Notes: generated by a model from the sequence alone, not told the origin. DNA of 64,000 nt from Candidatus Saccharicenans sp. (GCA_024653215.1 JANLFU010000004.1:29574-93573), one strand, 5' to 3'. Shown: positions 29,463 through 38,295, numbered from the stretch's first letter. Numbers and translations: made by a program.

Positions 29463-30800
29463 ATGAAAACGCGAGCAATTATTTTTTTGGCATCGATGCT
29501 AACATTAAATTCTTTAACTCTTTCGGCGTCGTCGCCAACCTCTTTTGATGATTTAATCCAGTGGGCAATCTTAAGGGCAGAAACAAATATCAAATATAAG
29601 ATCGGGAGCTATACAGATTATATTCAAGTCTGGTACGACTTAACCTCATTGATTCCAAGAATAGAAAATGCAGAGCTGCGAGCCAGAGCTGAATTCTTGC
29701 GGTTAAAAGCTATTGAACAGGGATTGTGGCTATTACAGGGGAGTGGTCTCGAAGGACAAGAGATCAGGCCTGAGGGGGAGGCCTGGCTTAAGGCTATCGG
29801 CGAATATATTTATTTAGCTGGTCCAGATTGGCCATGGAATAGATGGTCAATACGGCCTGATATATGGTGGAAATACTGCGACCTTTATTCGGCAACTTCT
29901 TTTTCCGATGATTTTGCCTGGGAGGCGGCCAGCGAAGACCTGCCTTATGAATGCGAGGGCGATTTGGTTTGCGAGGTAGAAAAGATTAATAGGACTTACG
30001 GACGTTATCTGAATAAATTTCCTCAGGGGAAATATTATCGTCTGGCACTGGAGAGAATTTATAATTTCCTTGTTGTCAGGGTTCCTGAATTAGGATTCGA
30101 GAGCATAAAAAAGGAGGATTTCAGCCCAGAGGTATGGGATGAATTAGATGGAAATCTAAGATCGCTATACGGGGTTATTGTAAAGACGGATACTGAGAGT
30201 AAAGACGAGTATAGCTATTCTGTTTTGTCAAACTTCGAGCGGGTGTTTGGAGATGTGGTTAAAGATAAGAAGTCAAGCCTCCCTGCTATTGATAAAAAGA
30301 GCGAAGATTCGAACTTATATTCTGGATTGTCGAGGACCAATTTTAATATTTTGGATCAGCCGCCAGAAATAGCCATGGCCCTTTGGAAGAAACTTAAAAA
30401 CGAGCAAGCCGAGACGAAGAATCAAAACCAACTGGGCTTAATCGAGTTAGAGGAATTGATATGCCTTGAGAAAATGTTGTCAAGCCGCACAGTTGAGGAT
30501 CTCCTATCTGGTAAGGTTCTTGAAGCGGCGGATGTTTCACTAATTGAAGGAAAACATGTCAAGCATGAAGCTTTATTGGACCTGCATAAGAAGTTCAAAA
30601 ATCAGGCCGTATCCGATGACATTGCTTTTTACTTAACGCAAAACACATTCAGCCGACCAGGTACCAGTTCTTATACAGGCATTAGTGCTTCCATGATAAT
30701 GAGGGAAATAAATGAGAAAGAAGGGCTTTACCTGAGGCTTCATCCAAGGGGTAAATATGTTCCTATATGCCTTTTAATATTATCGAATCGATGGGGATGA
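29463..30800 (+). CDS. Secreted (signal-peptide) protein, candidate periplasmic immunity protein for module A
   Basis: 445 aa. N-terminal signal peptide MKTRAIIFLASMLTLNSLTLSAS. Low GC. Lies immediately downstream of toxin A. Confidence 0.45.
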   Translation: MKTRAIIFLASMLTLNSLTLSASSPTSFDDLIQWAILRAETNIKYKIGSYTDYIQVWYDLTSLIPRIENAELRARAEFLRLKAIEQGLWLLQGSGLEGQEIRPEGEAWLKAIGEYIYLAGPDWPWNRWSIRPDIWWKYCDLYSATSFSDDFAWEAASEDLPYECEGDLVCEVEKINRTYGRYLNKFPQGKYYRLALERIYNFLVVRVPELGFESIKKEDFSPEVWDELDGNLRSLYGVIVKTDTESKDEYSYSVLSNFERVFGDVVKDKKSSLPAIDKKSEDSNLYSGLSRTNFNILDQPPEIAMALWKKLKNEQAETKNQNQLGLIELEELICLEKMLSSRTVEDLLSGKVLEAADVSLIEGKHVKHEALLDLHKKFKNQAVSDDIAFYLTQNTFSRPGTSSYTGISASMIMREINEKEGLYLRLHPRGKYVPICLLILSNRWG

Positions 30801-30997
30801 TAAGCGGCAAAAACCCGCTCGGAATTAAGGCCTCATTTGAACCCGGGGATCAGTCATATGAAGTTGAGCTAGCTAAGCTTGGCGAGGAATTGAAAACTTG
30901 TCAAAAGGAAAACGAGAATCTTAAAATCGCGAAGCAGGCCCTAGATGAGTATCAGGGGCTGAAAACTTATAGTAAACCCGATGAATTTTTAAGATGA
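30767..30997 (+). CDS. Small hypothetical ORF (76 aa) between cassettes A and B
   Basis: ORF overlaps the end of the previous gene by 34 nt. No recognisable motif. May be a cassette remnant. Confidence 0.15.
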   Translation: MPFNIIESMGMISGKNPLGIKASFEPGDQSYEVELAKLGEELKTCQKENENLKIAKQALDEYQGLKTYSKPDEFLR

Positions 30998-31038
30998 ATA
31001 AGGGAGAGTTCATAATTGGAAGGTTAAATGATGTAAGA

Positions 31039-31425
31039 TAAAACTTAGGGGCGAAGATGGTGGCTGAGTACCAGCCGGCTTCGGGCAAATATTACTACTA
31101 CACCACCGACCAGATTAACTCCACCCGGGTGGTGACGGATGATGAGGGTAACGTGGTATATTCCGCGGTCCATGATCCCTATGGCGGGTTGCAGCAGACC
31201 TGGGTCAACACCTTCAACCCCGGGTGGAAATTTTCCGGTCATGAGCAGGACCCTGAATCCTCCCTTTACTACTTCGGGGCCCGCTACTACGACTCTACTC
31301 TCTACCGCTTCCTCTGCCCCGACCCGGCATTTAATGTCTCTCTAATGAAAAGCGATATGCAACATTGGAACCTTTATTCTTATTGCAGAGATAATCCCTT
31401 AAACTTCATAGATTTTACCGGTTTA
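31039..31425 (+). repeat. RHS core-tip repeat copy B. Homology begins at …GAKMVAEYQPASGKYYYY…
   Basis: About 90% identical at protein level to copies A, E, F and G over YYYYTTDQINSTRVVTDDEGNVVYSAVHDPYGG…WKFSG.EQD…LYYFGARYYD. Confidence 0.8.
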
Positions 31426-31974
31426 TATTCATTTACTGTTCATGTAAATATTATAAGGCTCAGCTATGGGGCATTAGTTCCTGATAGCAGACCAGATCAT
31501 ATGATATGGATGAGGGGTGTGGGCCTTACCCTGTATCCATCCGGCAAAATTACCCCAACAATTGGAGATAATGGCAAAGCTGAATTAAAATTTGAACTCG
31601 ACTGCCATATTTATATTTTGCCTGACGAGCAATTGAAAAATTTTGGAACAGATTATGCTTCGGTAATAAAGCACGAAATGACTTATCATAAGGAGTTCGT
31701 TGAATTATGGGTTAGCATGTCGCTAAGTCGCATAGAAAAAAAGTGGAGAGAAGAGATGAAAAAAGATCCCCAAGAGGCCCTAAAAAATGCTTATAAAAGA
31801 TTTGAAAAAACAACGAAAACAGCCGAATGGATAAGCAACATACTCCACTTCGCATCTTTAAATCTATATATGGAAGTGGTGGCATCTTATTGGGATGAAA
31901 TAGATCGTGATTGGCTCGCATGGAAATACGATCCATATATGGCCTGGCTTTTAATGGTTCCTTATGCAAATTAA
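31057..31974 (+). CDS. Orphan RHS C-terminal module B: RHS core tip fused to an HExxH putative zinc-metallopeptidase toxin domain
   Basis: Junction …DNPLNFIDFTGL. The C-terminal domain contains VIKHEMTYH (HExxH). It shares architecture with the module D toxin domain. Confidence 0.55.
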   Translation: MVAEYQPASGKYYYYTTDQINSTRVVTDDEGNVVYSAVHDPYGGLQQTWVNTFNPGWKFSGHEQDPESSLYYFGARYYDSTLYRFLCPDPAFNVSLMKSDMQHWNLYSYCRDNPLNFIDFTGLYSFTVHVNIIRLSYGALVPDSRPDHMIWMRGVGLTLYPSGKITPTIGDNGKAELKFELDCHIYILPDEQLKNFGTDYASVIKHEMTYHKEFVELWVSMSLSRIEKKWREEMKKDPQEALKNAYKRFEKTTKTAEWISNILHFASLNLYMEVVASYWDEIDRDWLAWKYDPYMAWLLMVPYAN

Positions 31975-32013
31975 CCCGTTTCGAATGGGGTTGTGTATGA
32001 TGGAGAGCAAATT

Positions 32014-32424
32014 ATGAAAAAAGTTTTATCTATTCCCCTTATTACAATTATCATCCTTATTATTATCATTTTAGTTTATTGGATTTATGTATGGATCCAA
32101 GAAGATAGGTTAATGAAGAAGATAACCTCGATTGAAGAGGGGATGGATGAAGACGAAGTAATCCGGTTATTAGGGGAACCGAAGAGAGAAGTCCAGGTAA
32201 AAACTGATGAGATAACGAAGGGATGGTCAATACCCGGACAGGGGGATCTTGAAAGAGTGAAGAAAGAATATAAAGAGCTTGTAAGCTATGTGTATTATAT
32301 TAAAAGATACAACCTTATGAAATTGCGGGAACGGTTACCTGGGTCCATACACTCTATCTACATTGATCCGGCCTCAAGAAAGGTGGTATATGTGAAGAGC
32401 ATATTTATTATGTCTTATTGGTAA
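32014..32424 (+). CDS. Membrane-anchored BamE/SmpA_OmlA-like protein, candidate immunity protein for module B
   Basis: N-terminal TM (IPLITIIILIIIILVYWIYVWI). Then GMDEDEVIRLLGEPKRE, resembling the SmpA/OmlA GMT..V...LG.P signature. GGAGAG RBS before the ATG at 32014 (track start 31993). Paralogous to 34521-34985. Confidence 0.5.
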   Translation: MKKVLSIPLITIIILIIIILVYWIYVWIQEDRLMKKITSIEEGMDEDEVIRLLGEPKREVQVKTDEITKGWSIPGQGDLERVKKEYKELVSYVYYIKRYNLMKLRERLPGSIHSIYIDPASRKVVYVKSIFIMSYW

Positions 32425-33098
32425 ATATGTTTATTAAAGATATATCTGAATCCTCCCTTTATTACTTCGGGGCCCGCTACTACGACCCCGCGCTCTACCG
32501 CTTCCTTAGCCCCGACCCGGTGATCCCAACTGACCGGGCCCTCTACAACCCGCAGCGGTGGAATCTGTATGGGTATTGTTTAAATAATCCTCTGAACCTT
32601 TGTGATCCCGACGGCAGGGCGAGTGATTATGTACATTATGACCTTACCTATAAATTAGCCTTGGAAGCTGGTATTCCTGAGGATGAAGCCCGAATTATTG
32701 CTGAGGCCAACCGTAATGTTGACAAGGATTGGCGGACAAGTTCATTTAATCCTCTGGGACGCAGATTTCATTACCCTGATGCTTTTACTCTAAATTGGGC
32801 TTTGGATATTGCGTATAACACGAAAGACCCAGTTATGCTTGGATTTGCGTTGCACGTAATTCAGGATGCAATCTGGCATTTTAATTGGTTATTTAATCCG
32901 CTGGGGCATTTAATAGAATCTGTAGGAGATAAGGTTTTTGATTGGATCTGTTCTAGGTTAGGCGTATATCCAGACATCGAATTTGATCCAGATAGCCCAT
33001 ACTCAGCTTTTATTTCGTTGGATATACTCTGGTGGGTGAGATATGTGACATTTGATATATTGCAGGATTATAAAGCAAGAAAAGAGGCTTGTCGTTAA
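32418..33098 (+). CDS. Orphan RHS C-terminal module C: truncated core tip fused to a toxin domain of unknown type (H-x3-D-x3-H motif)
   Basis: Junction …CDPDGR. The C-terminal domain has conserved His/Asp clusters (DYVHYDL…, ALHVIQDAIWHFNW) loosely reminiscent of Zn-dependent phospholipase C / P1-nuclease metal sites. Start codon uncertain. Confidence 0.45.
   Translation: MVNMFIKDISESSLYYFGARYYDPALYRFLSPDPVIPTDRALYNPQRWNLYGYCLNNPLNLCDPDGRASDYVHYDLTYKLALEAGIPEDEARIIAEANRNVDKDWRTSSFNPLGRRFHYPDAFTLNWALDIAYNTKDPVMLGFALHVIQDAIWHFNWLFNPLGHLIESVGDKVFDWICSRLGVYPDIEFDPDSPYSAFISLDILWWVRYVTFDILQDYKARKEACR
32448..32618 (+). repeat. RHS core-tip repeat copy C, 5'-truncated. Begins at …ESSLYYFGARYYDPALYRFLSPDP…
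   Basis: Only the distal half of the repeat (LYYFGARYYD…NNPLNLCDPDGR) is present. Confidence 0.75.
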
Positions 33099-33117
33099 TG
33101 GATAAGAAGGTTGTGAA

Positions 33118-33684
33118 ATGAAACCGAGACTTAATTTAACAAACAGAAGGGTATTGTTATTCTTGTTATATTGGGGGTTTGGAATTAGCTTTTCTATCTT
33201 TGATGCAGCCTATGGGGTATTACTGATATTTTTCCCATGGGCTGCGTTGGTATTAGGGCTTTTAGTTCTACCGTCGATATTAATATCTAATAAGCTTGGT
33301 TTTCCAGACACCACTCTTCTTTTTGGTCGCATTGGTTTAGTAATGTCGTTATATTTCGTTGCCGTCCTATTCGTTGTGCTTAGTGTGCTTTATGTTTTTA
33401 TATTAAATCAACTAAATTTGAGCACAGGGAAGAACTCAAGGTATAAATTTCCTTGGCTGACTTTTTTATTCCATTTATCCGGGATTTTCTGTTCGATACC
33501 TCTATATATAGGTTTTATCAATTCAGATAAAGTAAATCTTTTACCTTTTGCCAAATATTATCAGATGTTTGCCTACCCGATCTTAGCGATGGCAACATTT
33601 TTATTTATTTATATTGACTGGCGGCTGGCAAGGGAAATAGCCGAAGATGAGAAACAAGAAGCGGAGAATAGGTCTCAGTTTTAG
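33118..33684 (+). CDS. Polytopic membrane protein (5-6 TM), candidate immunity protein for module C
   Basis: 188 aa, almost entirely hydrophobic helices. AT-rich. Lies directly downstream of toxin C. Confidence 0.45.
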   Translation: MKPRLNLTNRRVLLFLLYWGFGISFSIFDAAYGVLLIFFPWAALVLGLLVLPSILISNKLGFPDTTLLFGRIGLVMSLYFVAVLFVVLSVLYVFILNQLNLSTGKNSRYKFPWLTFLFHLSGIFCSIPLYIGFINSDKVNLLPFAKYYQMFAYPILAMATFLFIYIDWRLAREIAEDEKQEAENRSQF

Positions 33685-34516
33685 GAATCAAAAAATGATG
33701 ACTATTCTATTTCCTGAAAATGGGATTCGACAGACCTGGATGGGGGGCAAAGAGGCCGGAGCGAGTAATTCCGGAAAGGAGCAGGACCCTGAATCCTCCC
33801 TCTATTACTTCGGTGCCCGCTACTATGACCCCACGCTCTACCGCTTCCTCAGCCCCGACCCTCAACAGATACCTGCAATCGCTCGTTTTGAAATTAATCG
33901 ATTTAATAAATATTTTTTTGCTAATAATAATCCCATATCCTATTTTGAATTTAGTGGATTGTGGGCGATTATTCACAAAGAAACTAAGATTATTAACGCC
34001 AGCTATATGAGCTATCTGGGAAAAAGTATTGAAGGCAAGGATGTTTATATGAAAGGGTTTGGGATGACAAACGTCCTGCCCGAAGATTTGAAGATAGATC
34101 TATCTAAAGAAACAGGTATCACAGTTAGTGTGACCTTTACAATATTCATTTTAGCGAAAGAAGATATTCAGTGGAAGCAAGAAGACGCAATAGTAGGTCA
34201 TAATAACTACGAAAATGTACTCAGGCATGAGCTAACACATGTTTATGACATTCTTCTAATGGTGTCTTTAGCCCTGAACAAAATTGAGGCCCAGTGGAAG
34301 GCAGGAAAGATTTCTGATGAGGAGGCCAGAAAATTAGTTAATAAAGCCTTCATAAGGGCATCTAAAGCTTCAAGCAGCCTCAGAGATGACTGGGGAGTAG
34401 AATGGTTTAAGTGGCTCATCAATTGGTTTGAAGAACTGAAACCAGAACATAATTATTCAGCTTTTTGGGAATGGCTACTAACACCATATATTTATTTTCT
34501 TATGAAATGCAATTAA
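33647..34516 (+). CDS. Orphan RHS C-terminal module D: truncated core tip fused to an HExxH toxin domain (paralog of module B)
   Basis: The C-terminal domain contains LRHELTHVYD (HExxH) in a context alignable to module B (…FILAKEDIQ… vs …YILPDEQLK…). The track start at 33647 overlaps the previous gene. The true start is uncertain. Confidence 0.5.
   Translation: MRNKKRRIGLSFRNQKMMTILFPENGIRQTWMGGKEAGASNSGKEQDPESSLYYFGARYYDPTLYRFLSPDPQQIPAIARFEINRFNKYFFANNNPISYFEFSGLWAIIHKETKIINASYMSYLGKSIEGKDVYMKGFGMTNVLPEDLKIDLSKETGITVSVTFTIFILAKEDIQWKQEDAIVGHNNYENVLRHELTHVYDILLMVSLALNKIEAQWKAGKISDEEARKLVNKAFIRASKASSSLRDDWGVEWFKWLINWFEELKPEHNYSAFWEWLLTPYIYFLMKCN
33770..33961 (+). repeat. RHS core-tip repeat copy D, 5'-truncated. 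Begins at …SGKEQDPESSLYYFGARYYD…
   Basis: Distal half of the repeat, ending …NNPISYFEFSGL. Confidence 0.75.
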
Positions 34517-34520
34517 TCCA

Positions 34521-34985
34521 ATGACTATAAAAATAAAGAAAAAAACGTTCATATTTATAATAGCGTTAGCGTTAGTTATTGGTGCTTTTGCATATTTGGG
34601 CATATTGGAAATGCTGGATAAAACTCTTGTCAGGCGAGCAGAGTTATTGAAAGCGGGGATGACAGAAAGTGACGTGGTAAATATCTTGGGAAAACCCCGG
34701 GAGTTCGAGCTTATAGACTTAAGAGTGGCAGAAAATAGAGGTCTGCCTAAGGCTATTTTGAGTCGGATTGAAAAATACAACCAGGCAATAAAATGGTGGG
34801 CATATTATGTGCCGGGATATCTAGTCAATCCACCGTTTCTTTTCCATCCAGGGCCTTACAGGACAATTGTTGTTGTCTTTATTGATCATAATGGACATGT
34901 GGTTCACTCAAGTATTGGTATAACAATTAGAAGAATAAAGCCTTTTGAATTACTAATGAAAGATCGCGATACAAATCAGAATTAG
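34521..34985 (+). CDS. Membrane-anchored BamE/SmpA_OmlA-like protein, candidate immunity protein for module D (paralog of 32014-32424)
   Basis: N-terminal TM (FIFIIALALVIGAFAYLGIL). Then GMTESDVVNILGKPRE, the same motif and position as in the module B partner. Confidence 0.5.
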   Translation: MTIKIKKKTFIFIIALALVIGAFAYLGILEMLDKTLVRRAELLKAGMTESDVVNILGKPREFELIDLRVAENRGLPKAILSRIEKYNQAIKWWAYYVPGYLVNPPFLFHPGPYRTIVVVFIDHNGHVVHSSIGITIRRIKPFELLMKDRDTNQN

Positions 34986-35075
34986 TAATAAAGGGTCTAA
35001 AAATAGGGAAAACGTTTGCTTTGTAACTTTATCTAGGCTGTTTGAGTTCCAAGAATTTTGAAACAGAGATTGTGG

Positions 35076-35500
35076 ATTGATATGATGGCTATGGGAATTG
35101 CCTGCGTGAGTATGTCTACATGGTGGCGAAGATGGTGGCTGAGTACCAGCCGGCTACGGGCAAGTATTACTACTACACCACCGACCAGGTTAATTCCACC
35201 CGGGTGGTGACGGATGATGAGGGTAACGTGGTGTATTCCGCGGCCCATGATCCCTATGGTGGAGTGCAGCAGACCTGGGTCAACACCTTCAACGCCGGGT
35301 GGAAATTTTCCGGCAAGGAGCAGGATGCCGAGTCAGGTCTCTACTACTTCGGTGCCCGCTACTATGACCCCACGCTCTACCGCTTCCTCAGCCCCGACCC
35401 GGCGATCCCCTCCGACCGGGCCATCTACAACCCGCAGAGGTGGAATTTATACGGGTATTGCCTGGGCAACCCGATAAATTATGTTGATATGGCCGGTGAG
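35076..35500 (+). repeat. RHS core-tip repeat copy E. Begins at …YDGYGNCLREYVYMVAKMVAEYQP…
   Basis: Full-length copy of the repeat, ending …GNPINYVDMAGE. Confidence 0.8.
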
Positions 35501-36034
35501 CAAGCAGAAAGCTCTCGAAAGCTGATAATAACCAGGACTATTTCTGGACCTACAGGAACGTTCGGTCGTTTTAAATTTGAGGGTAAATACATCACCATAG
35601 AAGGGGAGACGCTTGAACTTCCCTGGAGAAACAACATAAATTATATAAGCCGTATTCCTGAAGGGGAATACGAGGCGATATTACATTATTGGGATGATAG
35701 GGATATATGGGCCTTGTTGCTCCAAGACACTGGATCTCGTAAAGGGATTTACATCCACGAAGGGAACACGACAAAAAACACCAAGGGGTGTCCGCTTATT
35801 GGCCAGCGGTTTGATAACCAGGGGAGGCTATCAGGAGGCAGGGCACTTAGAGAGGCCATTACTGCTGATTATTTAATTGACCAGGTCTTAAGCGCCTGGT
35901 TTAATCTTGACAGGCTGAGCCGCACTGTTCAAAAGGCAACTGCTAAGATTGAAAGAGGGGAAGTGTATTCTGAGTGGGCATGGATTGGATTTACTCTAGT
36001 CATTAACGGCGTGCAATATTATTTTTATTTTTAA
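35120..36034 (+). CDS. Orphan RHS C-terminal module E: core tip fused to a YkuD-like (L,D-transpeptidase-fold) candidate peptidoglycan-targeting toxin domain
   Basis: C-terminal domain motif IYIHEGNTTKNTKGCPLIG (H-x9-T-x-G-C) resembles the His…(S/T)xGC catalytic motif of L,D-transpeptidase-like effectors. Homologous to the module F toxin domain. Confidence 0.45.
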   Translation: MVAKMVAEYQPATGKYYYYTTDQVNSTRVVTDDEGNVVYSAAHDPYGGVQQTWVNTFNAGWKFSGKEQDAESGLYYFGARYYDPTLYRFLSPDPAIPSDRAIYNPQRWNLYGYCLGNPINYVDMAGEQAESSRKLIITRTISGPTGTFGRFKFEGKYITIEGETLELPWRNNINYISRIPEGEYEAILHYWDDRDIWALLLQDTGSRKGIYIHEGNTTKNTKGCPLIGQRFDNQGRLSGGRALREAITADYLIDQVLSAWFNLDRLSRTVQKATAKIERGEVYSEWAWIGFTLVINGVQYYFYF

Positions 36035-36048
36035 TAAGGGGAACAAGA

Positions 36049-36726
36049 ATGAAATGGCCAGGCCTAAAATATCTTAATTTTCTGATTGCGTTTCCAATAC
36101 TAATGATGTCGTTGACTTACCCTCTGGAGAATACGTCGGTCGCTTATCCAAACCAGGTTAATAAGATGCTAACCTTAGAAGAAGCAAAAGAAATTATAGA
36201 TATTTTCTTAAACGACCCAACTGAGGCAAACTTTAAGATTGTACAAGAGACGATATATCCTTTTCTGAGTGTAGTCGATCAGGAATCAACACCGTTTCAA
36301 GACAAATTGTTTTCTTATGTACTTACTCGGGAGCCGTTCTGGATTTTTGAGTATGAAATATTTGCGGGTAATAGGTTAATGGCCTTGTTTGCCAGGAGGC
36401 TCTTGGATGTTTCAGACGGGGCTTATGCGAGCATGTTGTTTAAACTGTTCGGAAAGTTGAGTCGCCTTAATCCCGAGTTATTCCTGACCATGTTTAAGGA
36501 TGACATAAAAAAGCCGGTTTTAGAATTGGCAGTTACAGAATCAATTTTTCTCGAGGGAACAGAAAAATATCAAAGATATGACAGGTATGATCTAATCCAG
36601 AGGATAAAAGCATTAAGGACGGTAACCAATCCGGAACTAAGAAATATAAGAGATTATTGCATCTTATTATTGGAAAGAGAATTGAAGGAAAACGGGCTAT
36701 ATCAGATGGGATATTCTCGTAAGTAG
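36049..36726 (+). CDS. Secreted protein (signal peptide), candidate periplasmic immunity protein for module E
   Basis: Signal peptide MKWPGLKYLNFLIAFPILMMSL. C-terminal region …RIKALRTVTNPELRNIRDYCILLLEREL aligns with the module F partner (…RIKALETVDCPIYLDLRNECIKILEKEI). Confidence 0.5.
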   Translation: MKWPGLKYLNFLIAFPILMMSLTYPLENTSVAYPNQVNKMLTLEEAKEIIDIFLNDPTEANFKIVQETIYPFLSVVDQESTPFQDKLFSYVLTREPFWIFEYEIFAGNRLMALFARRLLDVSDGAYASMLFKLFGKLSRLNPELFLTMFKDDIKKPVLELAVTESIFLEGTEKYQRYDRYDLIQRIKALRTVTNPELRNIRDYCILLLERELKENGLYQMGYSRK

Positions 36727-36737
36727 AGTTTAGCCTA

Positions 36738-37592
36738 ATGATCTTAAGAGATTTTCCTTACACCGCCGACCAGGTTAACTCCACCCGGGTGGTGACGGAT
36801 GATGAGGGTAACGTGGTATATTCCGCGGTCCATGATCCCTATGGCGGGTTGCAGCAGACCTGGGTCAACACCTTCAACCCCGGGTGGAAATTTTCCGGTC
36901 ATGAGCAGGACCCTGAATCCTCCCTTTACTACTTCGGGGCCCGCTACTACGACCCCGGCCTCTACCGCTTCCTCAGCCCCGACCCGGTGATTCCCACCGA
37001 CCGGGCCCTTTACAACCCGCAGAGGTGGAATCTGTATGGGTATTGCCTCGGCAACCCGATAAATTTCGTAGATCCCTTCGGGGATATTACGATTAGAATA
37101 TGGCGGACACTTTATAACAATTATGCCACATATGGGGTTTATGAAATCGAGCTTGGAGACACGAGAATCTGGGGTTTTACAATGGAGCCGGCGAAGGGCA
37201 AGGGAAAAGGACCGATACCGGCAGGGATATATGAGGCTGACTGGTTCTATTCAGAAGAAAATAAAGAACTCAGGATTAAAATTAATGACATCCCGAACTT
37301 CAAAAACATAAGAATTCACAAAGGAAATTACCCTGGCGATACGACCGGATGCATTTTAGTAGGGAAAGATGTTAATACAGGAGGCGATCTGTTAGGCTCG
37401 GGAAAAGCGATGGCAGAAATAAGAGGGGGAATTATGGATTATCAGATGGGTGCTCTGAAAGAATATATAGCTGATGGCGAATTAGATCTTGAACTTTTGC
37501 ATCGGATTTTTGATATGCAAGTTATCATATATGATATTCCGAAGGGTAGCGTAACGGTAGAAGTTACATCTATACGCTATCTTATGTATTAA
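36738..37592 (+). CDS. Orphan RHS C-terminal module F: core tip fused to a YkuD-like candidate toxin domain (paralog of module E)
   Basis: IRIHKGNYPGDTTGCILVG (H-x9-T-x-G-C). Alignable with module E across …IPEGEYEA… / …IPAGIYEA… and the HxGN…TxGC core. Confidence 0.45.
   Translation: MILRDFPYTADQVNSTRVVTDDEGNVVYSAVHDPYGGLQQTWVNTFNPGWKFSGHEQDPESSLYYFGARYYDPGLYRFLSPDPVIPTDRALYNPQRWNLYGYCLGNPINFVDPFGDITIRIWRTLYNNYATYGVYEIELGDTRIWGFTMEPAKGKGKGPIPAGIYEADWFYSEENKELRIKINDIPNFKNIRIHKGNYPGDTTGCILVGKDVNTGGDLLGSGKAMAEIRGGIMDYQMGALKEYIADGELDLELLHRIFDMQVIIYDIPKGSVTVEVTSIRYLMY
36759..37085 (+). repeat. RHS core-tip repeat copy F. Begins at …YTADQVNSTRVVTDDEGNVVYSAV…
   Basis: Copy truncated within the YYYTTDQ segment, ending …GNPINFVDPFGD. 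Confidence 0.8.
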
Positions 37593-37610
37593 AGAGAGGG
37601 GGACGTCAAG

Positions 37611-38294
37611 ATGATGCTGGATTTTATAAAAGCCTTATCAAAGCTCTTATTAACTTCATTTTTTCTTCTTTTAATATCCGATTTAATGATTGCTCAGGCA
37701 GGAGCGGGGGGCGCACAAGATGCAATCATTCTTGATTGGGATAAGTTAAGGTCAGCGGTACAGAGATACAATTTAAAGCCGAACGAGGATAATGCGAGGG
37801 CGATATTAGAATCGATTCCTGAAAAAATGCCTGATAAGCAGGTTGGGGATGATGAACGTGCTTTAGATTATATGCTTGATAAGAGTCCAATAATTAAGAA
37901 GCAGATTGAGTCGGGGAATGAGTATCTGGCTGAAGCTGCATTCAGAATGTATTTTATTGTGCTTCCTGGTGATGCTCTGGAAGAGCTTACCTTAATGCTC
38001 TGCAAGATGCTGGAAAAGAAGCCCGAGCTATATCTTAGCTTGTTAAAAAAATATAAACCTCAATTTCCATGGTATCTCGAGTACCCATTGCTGATGACCG
38101 AGTTTGATGAAAAATTTGATGCAGAGCCCGATGGCCGGATTAGGCGTGACATTAAGATATATCGGCGGCGGATAAAGGCCTTAGAGACAGTGGACTGTCC
38201 TATATATTTAGATTTAAGGAATGAATGCATAAAGATTTTGGAAAAAGAGATTAGTCTGTTTGAATCGAAACTAAAAATTGAGTTGACTTCTTAA
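37611..38294 (+). CDS. Secreted protein (signal peptide), candidate immunity protein for module F (paralog of 36049-36726)
   Basis: Signal peptide LLLTSFFLLLISDLMIAQA. C-terminal similarity to the module E partner. GAGAGGGGGA RBS. Confidence 0.5.
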   Translation: MMLDFIKALSKLLLTSFFLLLISDLMIAQAGAGGAQDAIILDWDKLRSAVQRYNLKPNEDNARAILESIPEKMPDKQVGDDERALDYMLDKSPIIKKQIESGNEYLAEAAFRMYFIVLPGDALEELTLMLCKMLEKKPELYLSLLKKYKPQFPWYLEYPLLMTEFDEKFDAEPDGRIRRDIKIYRRRIKALETVDCPIYLDLRNECIKILEKEISLFESKLKIELTS

Positions 38295-38295
38295 T

